Shown piece after piece: positions 48,301 to 56,181 of a stretch of 56,697 bases of DNA (the first letter of the stretch is position 1; each line of letters opens with the position of its first letter). Source of the stretch: a phage; the sequence record PZ513998.1, one strand, 5' to 3'. Below the pieces are notes generated by a model, which was not told where the DNA came from, searched no databases, and was given only the letters and a program-made list of their open reading frames with translations. A program made the translations under genes and the position numbers.

Positions 48301-49710
48301 GCCAGAAAAGCAGCACAACGTAAGAGCCTCGCAGGACGCCTACAAATCATCGATGAAGAATACGCTAAGATGTATGAAAAAGCGAAAGCCATCGGTGGCA
48401 AAGAGGGCGACGAGATGAAAAAGCAAATCGACGACCTAGTAGCTCACGCGAAACGGTCAGAGACGATGCTATTCAATGCTCAACAAAGTTCTAGCGGTGG
48501 CCTAGATAAGCGTAAGCGCAAGATCGATGCTATCACGCAAGCGCTTGAAAGAATGAACGCAGAAGTTAACAGACGTCAAACTAAGGCTGATCCGGAGTCG
48601 TCTCTCGATGACCGAATTAACGCGGAGATCGAGAAGTCAAACGTTAAGATTAATGCGTTGAAAAAAGAGGCCCTAGCCATAGGCGGACAAGAGGGCAAAC
48701 AACTGGCCGACAACTTGGAGAAGCTACGAGAGAAAACAAACCTCTATCTCTCAGAGAAAATGCAAGTCGAGGAGGTTAAGCGTCTTCAAGATGCAGTTAA
48801 TGCGCAATTAGAGATCAAAAAGAACAAGATTGAAGAAATCAACGCCAAAAGAAAAGCGGGCTTGATTGATGACCAGCAACAAGCTGACGCGATCAAGGCC
48901 ATAAATGAGGGGTCAATAGGGGCGATATCTTCATCACTAGACGCTCTTAGCAACCAAGTGGCGCAGTCATCTACATTATTCAGTGAAGAAGAACTAGTCC
49001 GGATAACAACTGGTATTAGTAAAATACGTTCCGAACTACAAGGCGTTGAGGGTGAATTCACTAAACTAGACAGCCAAGTTGTAAACGGGGTTCTAGGAGG
49101 TTTCGACACGGCGATCAACTCGGCTTATGATGGGATCGTTAAAGTCGCAACTGGGGCAGAAAGTATCGGAGACGCATTCGCAAACCTAGGCGTCGCAGTG
49201 GCTCAGTTTTTCGCAGATTTCCTAAAACAAATAGCTATGGCAATAATGCAACAAATGGTACTCAATGCGATAGCCGGCATGGGTGGAGGGGTAGGAGCAG
49301 CAGCAGTATCGATGGGCGGTGTGGTAGCCCCGGTAAAACACTCCGGCGGTGCGGTCGGGAGCGGAGGTAGGTCTAGAACCGTGGCTCCCTCTACATTTGC
49401 ATCGGCTCCGAAGTTCCATAACGGGGGAATGCCCGGAATTAAGCCTAACGAAATACCGACAATATTAGAGCGAGGGGAAGAAGTCTTATCCAAGAACGAC
49501 CCTAGAAATATCGCAAATGGCGGACAGGCAGCAAGACCGGGAGGACAAGCCGGCCCGACAAACATCAAACTAGTAGCAGTTGATGACCGTAGCAAGATAC
49601 CGGAAGCCATGGCAACGGCCGAGGGCGAGCAGGTTATGATTGTTAACTTAAACCGAAAATCACCCGCGATCCGTAGCATATTAAATCGCGGAAGCTCTAA
49701 GAGGACATAA
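45379..49710 (+). CDS. tail tape measure protein
   Basis: 1443 aa, GTG start; long Ala/Gln/Lys/Glu-rich coiled-coil regions, internal hydrophobic segment, Gly-rich C-terminal region. Confidence 0.8.
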   Translation: MANRDVELRIRARDDSQKTLKQVSKTLDDLTSAQTRNADAAKRGDASVRELEQQYKKLENAGQQLLRLNSLTEMFTRQKEALNKVNTQLAEAKKKHSDLSSAMNGASNVTKKMQSDLDKAERAVKRLTDQQDRSTKSVQKTAKELSRFGISSNDIATAQKRIRDEVTRTNQALARQEKIIGDVPTRAQKAHAQLLASLKLQANQLVASTKGYQTLGRVISSLPSMSGQMADLMAPAEAARRKIGTLEKQINDLATASKRWRKDASGMNSDLKALEASAKSAIGMSRMIETFQRQTEAVRKARAEYRSAQADAKNLANQVRQAGTANAEMGAKLQASNARLREASQALRNETASARQTQSALRSAGIDTRNLGAEQQRLRGLVQNSVGGINNLRASLERLSGSARSSGKAFSFFRDEGRTTLSFMQRMRGDVLSLASAYIGVQGAVDMAKGAVEAFKVQQQAMVKIGTVVGSGPEERAKEWEYMLGLSDALGIKIETLSKAYTKFAVSAKEVGLSQKEAKFIFENIAKTARVYHLSDDDMNGVFLALEQMLSKGQVYAEELRQQLGERLPGAVAMFAKSLGKTIPEFTKMMENGEVDARSVINFANEQGKAIEAQLAEAQKGVDAIEARASNAMFNLKLAISKSGFIEAYTSMLEKLTEFITSDRGKEAAEKLGTAFSAIADGVIWAVDNVDLLIDALKVLASIKVIKILVSTGRNLISVFKEVKGVISTVLPLGKRLVGGIGSLIASTGLLTGALKLLLRAIPFVGVALLAWDMVSILYENNEAFRKFCDETIERAKYLGKMLIDYAKVPGTAIYDLLVSFVRPITTLFGDSIKQVGKWLADLLGMLPVVGDSLSAWVMGITDDLTKADREIFESSNKLSKDIVDNWDKMTGDVSYVHEKAMETVADNAGKTAGAVIGSMELVSKAAEQLAKKQSGFEFQKDPGTGIGQRDLDMRALKKEIEKRQNAEEKADLAARKAAQRKSLAGRLQIIDEEYAKMYEKAKAIGGKEGDEMKKQIDDLVAHAKRSETMLFNAQQSSSGGLDKRKRKIDAITQALERMNAEVNRRQTKADPESSLDDRINAEIEKSNVKINALKKEALAIGGQEGKQLADNLEKLREKTNLYLSEKMQVEEVKRLQDAVNAQLEIKKNKIEEINAKRKAGLIDDQQQADAIKAINEGSIGAISSSLDALSNQVAQSSTLFSEEELVRITTGISKIRSELQGVEGEFTKLDSQVVNGVLGGFDTAINSAYDGIVKVATGAESIGDAFANLGVAVAQFFADFLKQIAMAIMQQMVLNAIAGMGGGVGAAAVSMGGVVAPVKHSGGAVGSGGRSRTVAPSTFASAPKFHNGGMPGIKPNEIPTILERGEEVLSKNDPRNIANGGQAARPGGQAGPTNIKLVAVDDRSKIPEAMATAEGEQVMIVNLNRKSPAIRSILNRGSSKRT

Positions 49711-49729
49711 ATGGTACAGGCCGAAGTAG
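49711..49729 (+). repeat. 19-bp exact repeat ATGGTACAGGCCGAAGTAG (second copy at 49947-49965)
   Basis: start of frame-1 ORF 49711-49869 is identical to the last 19 nt of frame-1 ORF 49870-49965. Confidence 0.9.
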
Positions 49730-49965
49730 ACATTGTTATCAAGCGAGTTAATAATCAAATAGCAACGGAAGCAATATTAATGCAACAATGTATCGCCTCC
49801 GCCGTATGGGGGAAAGAGGGCGCTAAGATTTTCAACAAGACGATAAAGGGGCTACAAGGTGGCAAATAGATGCGGAGAAAATCAGGGAGGGGGTTAGCCT
49901 CCTCCTGTCCCACGGTCATACGTTCGCACGACACTACCCGATCGGCATGGTACAGGCCGAAGTAG

Positions 49966-50418
49966 ATGTCATTATCCGCATTCGAACCAACGAAAAAAAG
50001 CGTAACTATCAATGATTCTATTTCCATCGAAGTTCGAGGCTTATCACTAAACGATATCTCTCGATTAATCCAGTTACACGCCCAAGATTTAGACGGCGTA
50101 TTCGACTTATATTCACAAGGAGTTGGGGCCGGGAAAGAATTAGATAGTTTAGTATTCGCTAACTACTTGCTCACCCTGATATCCTCCGCACCGGGGCTAA
50201 TTAGTAGCATTATCGCGGTTTCTGCGGACGAACCTACCATGGCCGATAAAGCCTCCCTCCTACCGATAACGGCGCAATACGATTTAATGATGGCCGTATT
50301 TGAGTTAACTTTCTCGGACATTGCTACGCTAAAAAAGATCATGGCGAACGTAATGGAGAAAGTGGGAGAAGCGAACGGGAAAACAGTTCCGGCCAAGAAA
50401 GCCAAGAAAAAGGGTTAA
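49966..50418 (+). CDS. putative tail assembly chaperone (gpG-position)
   Basis: 150-aa acidic protein with Lys-rich C-terminus next to the tape-measure region; K-rich run AAGAAAAAGGG near its 3' end. Confidence 0.4.
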   Translation: MSLSAFEPTKKSVTINDSISIEVRGLSLNDISRLIQLHAQDLDGVFDLYSQGVGAGKELDSLVFANYLLTLISSAPGLISSIIAVSADEPTMADKASLLPITAQYDLMMAVFELTFSDIATLKKIMANVMEKVGEANGKTVPAKKAKKKG

Positions 50419-51606
50419 ATGGCACAACCATGTACAAGCAGCAACGACCAGAATTACGTCGTAGGGCGTGGTCGACTATTCTTCGACAAGTTCGTCGACG
50501 GTTGTAACAACTCCGAGCATGGCGAAATGTATTTCGGTAATACCCCGGAGTTATCACTATCTTCTGACACAGAAACGTTAGACCATTATTCGTCTGATTA
50601 TGGTATGCGTGAAAAAGACCTAACCGTGATGCTAGAGCATTCTCGTTCTGGTTCATTCACAACCGACCATATCTCCGCGGACAACCTAGCGTTGTTCTTC
50701 CTAGGGGACAAAACGCATGTTACTCAGACTCAGGTGACAGGCAACAAAGAAGTATTCGAAAACGTGGCATTAGGTCGTCACTACCAACTCGGCACAACGG
50801 ATATCCTACCGATGGGCGTTCGTAACATCGAGAATCTGTTAGTTTACGTGGCGGACGGTGATACAACCATCAACCTAGGCGATGGCGATGTGTCAACTAT
50901 CGACGGTGTAACTAAAGTAAATTTTGCCGGCCAGATCGACTACGACCTAGAGTTAGGACGTATCTATATCGAACCTACCGCTACTGAAATTAAAAACGGT
51001 CAGCAGTTAGTAGTCCAGTATGACATCGAGGCGCAGGCTCGCGAAATCATCATTGCCCGTAACCGCATGATCTACGGCTCACTGCGATTCTTGTCAGCTA
51101 ACCCGGTAGGTAGCGCGAAAGATTTCTACTGGCCCAAAGTCATGTTACAACCTGACGGAGACTATGCACTTAAAGGTGACGACTGGCAACAAATTGGGTT
51201 TACCTTTAGCGTTCTTCGCAAAAACCGCAAAGTGGAGCAGGTTTACATCGAGTCAGCGATGGCAAGAGCATCTACGCCCCCAAAGCCTGATCCGGAGCCG
51301 GAATACCGTCTAACTCTTAGCGTTACTCCGACCTCCGGTACTGAGGGTGATACTTTAGTAGCTAAGGTAAAAGCTACGAAAGACGGCGCTCCGAGAAAAA
51401 CAAAAGTGGTCTTTGCCTTTAGCTCCGACGAGGTGGAACTGGCCGATAGTCACCCTGACGGTGTAGAGACAGACGGGGTTACGGGAGAGGCCACTGTGAA
51501 TCTTACGGTAGGCCCCGTGTCCGGTTCCGCGACAAAAGTTACGATAACAGTAACCGATAGCGACGGAGGAAGTGCGACGGAGGAAGTTACCGTCAACCCA
51601 AAGTAA
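50419..51606 (+). CDS. major tail protein with C-terminal Ig-like domain
   Basis: 395 aa; C-terminal ~100 aa Thr/Val-rich beta-strand pattern (TLSVTPTSGTEGDTLVAKVKATKDG ... TKVTITVTDSDGGSATEEVTVNPK) typical of Ig-like decoration on major tail proteins. Confidence 0.5.
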   Translation: MAQPCTSSNDQNYVVGRGRLFFDKFVDGCNNSEHGEMYFGNTPELSLSSDTETLDHYSSDYGMREKDLTVMLEHSRSGSFTTDHISADNLALFFLGDKTHVTQTQVTGNKEVFENVALGRHYQLGTTDILPMGVRNIENLLVYVADGDTTINLGDGDVSTIDGVTKVNFAGQIDYDLELGRIYIEPTATEIKNGQQLVVQYDIEAQAREIIIARNRMIYGSLRFLSANPVGSAKDFYWPKVMLQPDGDYALKGDDWQQIGFTFSVLRKNRKVEQVYIESAMARASTPPKPDPEPEYRLTLSVTPTSGTEGDTLVAKVKATKDGAPRKTKVVFAFSSDEVELADSHPDGVETDGVTGEATVNLTVGPVSGSATKVTITVTDSDGGSATEEVTVNPK

Positions 51607-52119
51607 ATGGCAAGTAAAAAATTAGAAATACTAAAAGCACTAACGTCTCTACTAGAAACAGTATCATCGGACGGTAACGAAAATATACGGCCGTATAGTT
51701 TGGCCGGAAGTGTCTATCGCGGTAGAACCGTTTTTGGAGATAACGACCCCGTACCTTTGGTGAGTATACTTGAAGCGAAAGGGGCTAATTACGCTGATTA
51801 CGCTGATGACTTCAAGATCATAAACAAAACCGGCTGGAACCTATTAATACAAGGGTGGGTCGACCCGATAGACCCTAAACAAGAAACCGACCCGGTATAC
51901 GAGCTAGTACAAGACGTAATATGTGCGTTACAAAAGATTAATGCGGTACGGCCGGAGACCGGTAAACCGCTATACCCGGAGTATTATCGACTAGGTGGGC
52001 GGATTTTTGAATTAACTTTAGGTGACGAGGTTGTCAGACCAAGCGAAGTTGAGGTATCATCTAAGGCGTTTTTCTACCTCCCGATAGTAATCGGCATCAC
52101 TAATCAAGCAAGAGGGTAA
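51607..52119 (+). CDS. putative tail terminator / head-tail joining protein
   Basis: 170-aa ORF; assignment by position between capsid and major tail genes. Confidence 0.3.
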   Translation: MASKKLEILKALTSLLETVSSDGNENIRPYSLAGSVYRGRTVFGDNDPVPLVSILEAKGANYADYADDFKIINKTGWNLLIQGWVDPIDPKQETDPVYELVQDVICALQKINAVRPETGKPLYPEYYRLGGRIFELTLGDEVVRPSEVEVSSKAFFYLPIVIGITNQARG

Positions 52120-52737
52120 ATGGCGATATCGGTGGAGACGGTGGGCGTTAATGCGTTAAAACTGTATTTCGACGGTATGCCGAAGATGACGGCGCGGTCT
52201 ATGCGTTTAGCGATAAATACGGTAGTCCGCCGGTCAGGCATGAAAGCGCTACGGGACGGAATGTTGGCCGAGATAAGTTTCCCTAGGGGATACCTAAAAG
52301 GTGACAGACTGAAAGTGGCTCGATACGCCTCAGACAATAAACTAGAAGCGACAATACTCGCGAGGAAAAGGGCCACCAGCCTAGCGCGTTTTGCCACCTC
52401 CGGAACGATGGGTAAGTCCGGGGTAACAGTTAAAGTTCGTCGGGGGAGAACAACCTTTCTTAAGAAAGCGTTTCTTGTTAAACTGAAAGCAGGTGCGAGT
52501 ATGTCAGAAGACAATTACAACACCGGACTAGCAGTTCGTCTCTCTCCCGGGGAGAAACTTAACAACAAAGCAAGCGCCCACAAAGCGTGGCTTGTTCCCG
52601 GGCGAGTGGCCCTCCTTTACGCCCCATCGGTAAATCAGGTTATGGAAACTACGGCCGGAAAAGTGTCACCTCAGATCGCGAAGTTAGTTGAAGGCGAGTT
52701 CTTCCGGCAGTTTGAGAGATTAAGCAATGGCAAGTAA
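52120..52737 (+). CDS. putative head-tail connector / tail completion protein
   Basis: 205-aa ORF; positional assignment. Confidence 0.3.
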   Translation: MAISVETVGVNALKLYFDGMPKMTARSMRLAINTVVRRSGMKALRDGMLAEISFPRGYLKGDRLKVARYASDNKLEATILARKRATSLARFATSGTMGKSGVTVKVRRGRTTFLKKAFLVKLKAGASMSEDNYNTGLAVRLSPGEKLNNKASAHKAWLVPGRVALLYAPSVNQVMETTAGKVSPQIAKLVEGEFFRQFERLSNGK

Positions 52738-53091
52738 ATGACCGCTTGGGCTAGACAAAAATATAAAATGAGAAAGGCGGTTCATTCCGCCTTTCGCCTA
52801 TCTGCTATCTTGATAAGAGGGAATCAGGAGCCGGTCGCCCTGTATGTCCGATATCACAATAAGATAGCAATCATGGGCGACCTCATGGAAGCGGGCTATT
52901 CAGAAGTTATTGACGGAGTAGACCGAATGATCTTCGATAGAGACGAACTGAAAGAAAAAGGTGTCGTACTAGCATACGGAAATATCATTCAATTGACAGA
53001 CCCGGGATTCGAAGATATCCGAGTGTCGTTGGTAGCGCAAGAGCCGTACAACGGCCCGGTCGAATCAAAGTGGCAAGTTAAAAGGATATAA
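52738..53091 (+). CDS. putative head-tail adaptor protein
   Basis: 117-aa ORF; positional assignment. Confidence 0.3.
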   Translation: MTAWARQKYKMRKAVHSAFRLSAILIRGNQEPVALYVRYHNKIAIMGDLMEAGYSEVIDGVDRMIFDRDELKEKGVVLAYGNIIQLTDPGFEDIRVSLVAQEPYNGPVESKWQVKRI

Positions 53092-53439
53092 ATGTCAGAG
53101 ACCAAAGAAACTGTAGTACAACGCGTGGCGCTTCAAACGATCATCTTACGTCGTAACGGCCAGCAATTCGTTCCGGCCATCGGCGATGTAGTTGAACTCA
53201 CAACCTCCGAGTTAGAACAGATTAACGCAACTAACCCTAGCGCTATCGGCCACATTAAGATTAATCAATCTGTGGCAAAGGCCCTCGTCGAAAAGACGGT
53301 TGATATGGAAGCCATCAAACGAGAAGCACTAGAACAAGCCCGTGCAGAACTCGCAGCCGAACAAGCTAAATCCGCAGACACGGCAAAGAGCAATAAGAAA
53401 GGAGCCAAAGCGAAGACCGACGCTGACGACGATCTATAA
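53092..53439 (+). CDS. putative head completion / DNA stabilisation protein
   Basis: 115-aa ORF with Ala/Lys-rich helical C-terminus, adjacent to major capsid gene; positional assignment. Confidence 0.3.
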   Translation: MSETKETVVQRVALQTIILRRNGQQFVPAIGDVVELTTSELEQINATNPSAIGHIKINQSVAKALVEKTVDMEAIKREALEQARAELAAEQAKSADTAKSNKKGAKAKTDADDDL

Positions 53440-54507
53440 ATGGCTGGACAGTATTCAACCGTACAACTTTTACCGGTATTGCGTAAAATCGAATCGCTAC
53501 CGTCGTTTTTCTTAGGGTTCTTCCCGAACACGATCAACTTTGATACCGACGAAATCGCGATCGATAAAGTAAGCGACAACTACAAACGCGTAGCACCGTT
53601 CGTCGCTCCTAACGTACAAGGCGTGGTGATCAAAGAGAAAGGTTTCCACACCGTAGCGTTTAAACCGGCGTACCTGAAACCTAAACATGCTATCGACCCA
53701 TCGATGGTGTTTCCTCGTCGCCCGGGCGAAAACCTACTAACTGGTTCCTTGACGCCAGACCAAAAATTCAAGATGGCCGTCGCAGAAACGCTACGCAAAC
53801 ATAAGTCAATGATCGAGAATACGTTCGAGGTTATGGCAGCGTCAGCGGTGATCTATGGCTACGTTGATGTTGAAGGGCCGGACTATCCGAAAACCCGTGT
53901 AGACTTCCGACGTGACCCGTCGCTGACCATCACAACCGACTGGACGGCTCCCGGCATCACATCGGAGCAGACCTTTAAAGACTTACGCTTAGGCAAGCAA
54001 CTGGTTAATGACAAGTCTGCTAGCGGTACGGTTGTTCGTGACTACATCTTCGGCCAAGACGCTTGGGATTTATTCGTCAAGATCAACAAAGACGAATTGT
54101 TCGGCGATCACGGCTTGATGGATACTCGTTTCAAAGGTTCTGAAACATTGATTACGCGTATCTCAGATGGCCTTGAGGGCATTGAATACATGGGCCGTAT
54201 CGCGGGTGTAAATGGCGCGGGTGCAATGGATATCTACGTCAACACGCAGAAATTCGTTAACCAAGACGGCAAAGAAGAATACCTAGTACCACAAGGCGGT
54301 ATCGTAGGTGTATCTCGTGCTATCGAGGGCTACCGTTGCTTCGGTGCAATCCACGACAAGAAAGCGGGCTTCCGTTCATTAGAAATGTTCCCTAAAATGT
54401 GGGAAGAAGAAGACCCAAGTGTTGATTATGTGATGACGCAATCGGCTCCGTTAATGGTTCCACGCGATCCTAACACTTCATTCTTACTGATGGTATCCAC
54501 CAAGTAA
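53440..54507 (+). CDS. major capsid protein (lambda gpE family)
   Basis: 355 aa; size and overall pattern typical of E-family capsid proteins; flanked by D-like decoration protein and S49 protease. Confidence 0.8.
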   Translation: MAGQYSTVQLLPVLRKIESLPSFFLGFFPNTINFDTDEIAIDKVSDNYKRVAPFVAPNVQGVVIKEKGFHTVAFKPAYLKPKHAIDPSMVFPRRPGENLLTGSLTPDQKFKMAVAETLRKHKSMIENTFEVMAASAVIYGYVDVEGPDYPKTRVDFRRDPSLTITTDWTAPGITSEQTFKDLRLGKQLVNDKSASGTVVRDYIFGQDAWDLFVKINKDELFGDHGLMDTRFKGSETLITRISDGLEGIEYMGRIAGVNGAGAMDIYVNTQKFVNQDGKEEYLVPQGGIVGVSRAIEGYRCFGAIHDKKAGFRSLEMFPKMWEEEDPSVDYVMTQSAPLMVPRDPNTSFLLMVSTK

Positions 54508-54903
54508 ATGTTAGCAGGTTCTCGCGACCTTAACGCATGGGAACCAACTCAGATTTTCGCCGGCGAGTCACCGATCCATACGGACAACGGCGTGGCGTCA
54601 AGCGATATCGATATGTACCAAGTGGTATATCGTAAAGAAGACGGCACTATCGCAGCATTTGACGACACGGTTTATCCGGGTACGGGTTCCGGCGGTGACG
54701 AGGGTGAGGGGACTGCAACGGCGATATTACCAGTCGGGATCTCGGCACAAGCAACGAAAAGCGGTCAGACAGTACAGTTCTACACCGGCGGTACGTTTAA
54801 TATCGATGCGATCACATGGCCGAAAGCCATTGATGACCTAGTGAAAGCCAAATCGCTTTTCGAGTTAGGTCGCTCAACAATCATTATCAAAAAACTGTAT
54901 TAA
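54508..54903 (+). CDS. head decoration protein (lambda gpD-like)
   Basis: 131 aa; LNAWEP ... ILPVGISAQATKSGQTVQFYTGGTFNIDAITWPKA parallels gpD LVAWDG ... [31 protein letters not shown]. Confidence 0.6.
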   Translation: MLAGSRDLNAWEPTQIFAGESPIHTDNGVASSDIDMYQVVYRKEDGTIAAFDDTVYPGTGSGGDEGEGTATAILPVGISAQATKSGQTVQFYTGGTFNIDAITWPKAIDDLVKAKSLFELGRSTIIIKKLY

Positions 54904-56181
54904 ATGACGCAAGGCACTTATCAAGCTGCTGCCGTACAAGCGGTACAAGCTATTAATCTACGCCCGGCGTTTCTGGACGAACGTTCAGTCGGTTCTATGG
55001 GGAGTAACTTACAGTTGCTAGCTAACGTAGAGGCCGACATGACTGACGAAACTTGGTCAACAATGCTAAACAACGTGTGTATGACGTATGGGGTGTCTAA
55101 CAGCGCACCAACTAACAAACCATACGGATTCTCTAACGGAACCGCTTTCATTCCGGTACACGGCTCTCTAATTAACCGCTTCGGCGGTTCTTGGGGATTC
55201 GTTACAGGATATAGCTATATTCGTAGAGCACACGCAATGGCCTTGAATGATCCGGACGTCGAGAGAATCGTCTATGACGTTAATTCGGGTGGAGGCGAGG
55301 CAGCCGGTTGTATGGAACTATCGGACGAGATTTTCAGTCGTCGCGGTGAAAAACCTACACTGGCCGTCATCAACTCAAGTTGCTATTCTGCTGCTTACGC
55401 GATCGCAAGTGCGTGTGACGCGATAAGTATCACGCCCTCGGGTGGCGCGGGTTCAATTGGGGCGTTGATTATTCACGCTGATATGTCTAAAATGTTGTCT
55501 GACGTAGGAATTAAAGTATCTGTGATACGCGCCGGCGACAGAAAGGCAGAAACCAACCCTTTCGAGGAACTTAGCGATCAAGCGAGAGCAGAGCTACAAT
55601 CAGGCGTCAACGCTTGTAGAAAAACGTTTGTAGCAACCGTAGCAAGAAATCGCGGTTTGTCGGAAAAGCTAGTATTCGACACCGAAGCGAAAACATACGA
55701 CGCGAATGATGCTAAAGACTTAGGTCTAGTTGACCGCGTTGAATCGCCAGAAATGGCATTACACAACTTCATTAACGGAACAGAGAGCGAAACTGATATG
55801 GCCGTAAAAAACACAAACGCGGAGCAACCGACAATCAATGCGTCCGAAGAACAAGCTAAAGGTGCGAAAGCAGAACAAGCGCGTATCAAGGGCATTCTTG
55901 GTTGTGATGAAGCAAAAGGGCGCGAATCGTTAGCACAACACATCGCGTTCAACACCTCAATGAGCGAAGAAGATGCTAAGGCAATGCTTAACGCTTCTCC
56001 GGTTGAGAAAGCGGAAGAACCAAAGCAAGAAGAAAAGCCGAACGCTTTTAAGAAAGCAATGGACGAAGGCGAACAGCCGGGCATCAAAGCCGAGCCACAG
56101 GACACGGATAAGCCCTTAGCAACGGACGAGAATAACTCGTTATTAGACGACCTTTCAGGTCTTGGCTATTTCGGTAACTAA
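54904..56181 (+). CDS. S49-family head maturation protease / scaffold (lambda gpC-like)
   Basis: 425 aa; SppA/S49-like core (VNSGGGEAAGCMELSDEI, INSSCYSAAYAIASACD, GSIGAL); C-terminal RIKGILGCDEAKGRE matches gpC RIMGILNCEEAHGRE; ATGA at 54904-54907 repeats the last 4 nt of the window. Confidence 0.8.
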   Translation: MTQGTYQAAAVQAVQAINLRPAFLDERSVGSMGSNLQLLANVEADMTDETWSTMLNNVCMTYGVSNSAPTNKPYGFSNGTAFIPVHGSLINRFGGSWGFVTGYSYIRRAHAMALNDPDVERIVYDVNSGGGEAAGCMELSDEIFSRRGEKPTLAVINSSCYSAAYAIASACDAISITPSGGAGSIGALIIHADMSKMLSDVGIKVSVIRAGDRKAETNPFEELSDQARAELQSGVNACRKTFVATVARNRGLSEKLVFDTEAKTYDANDAKDLGLVDRVESPEMALHNFINGTESETDMAVKNTNAEQPTINASEEQAKGAKAEQARIKGILGCDEAKGRESLAQHIAFNTSMSEEDAKAMLNASPVEKAEEPKQEEKPNAFKKAMDEGEQPGIKAEPQDTDKPLATDENNSLLDDLSGLGYFGN

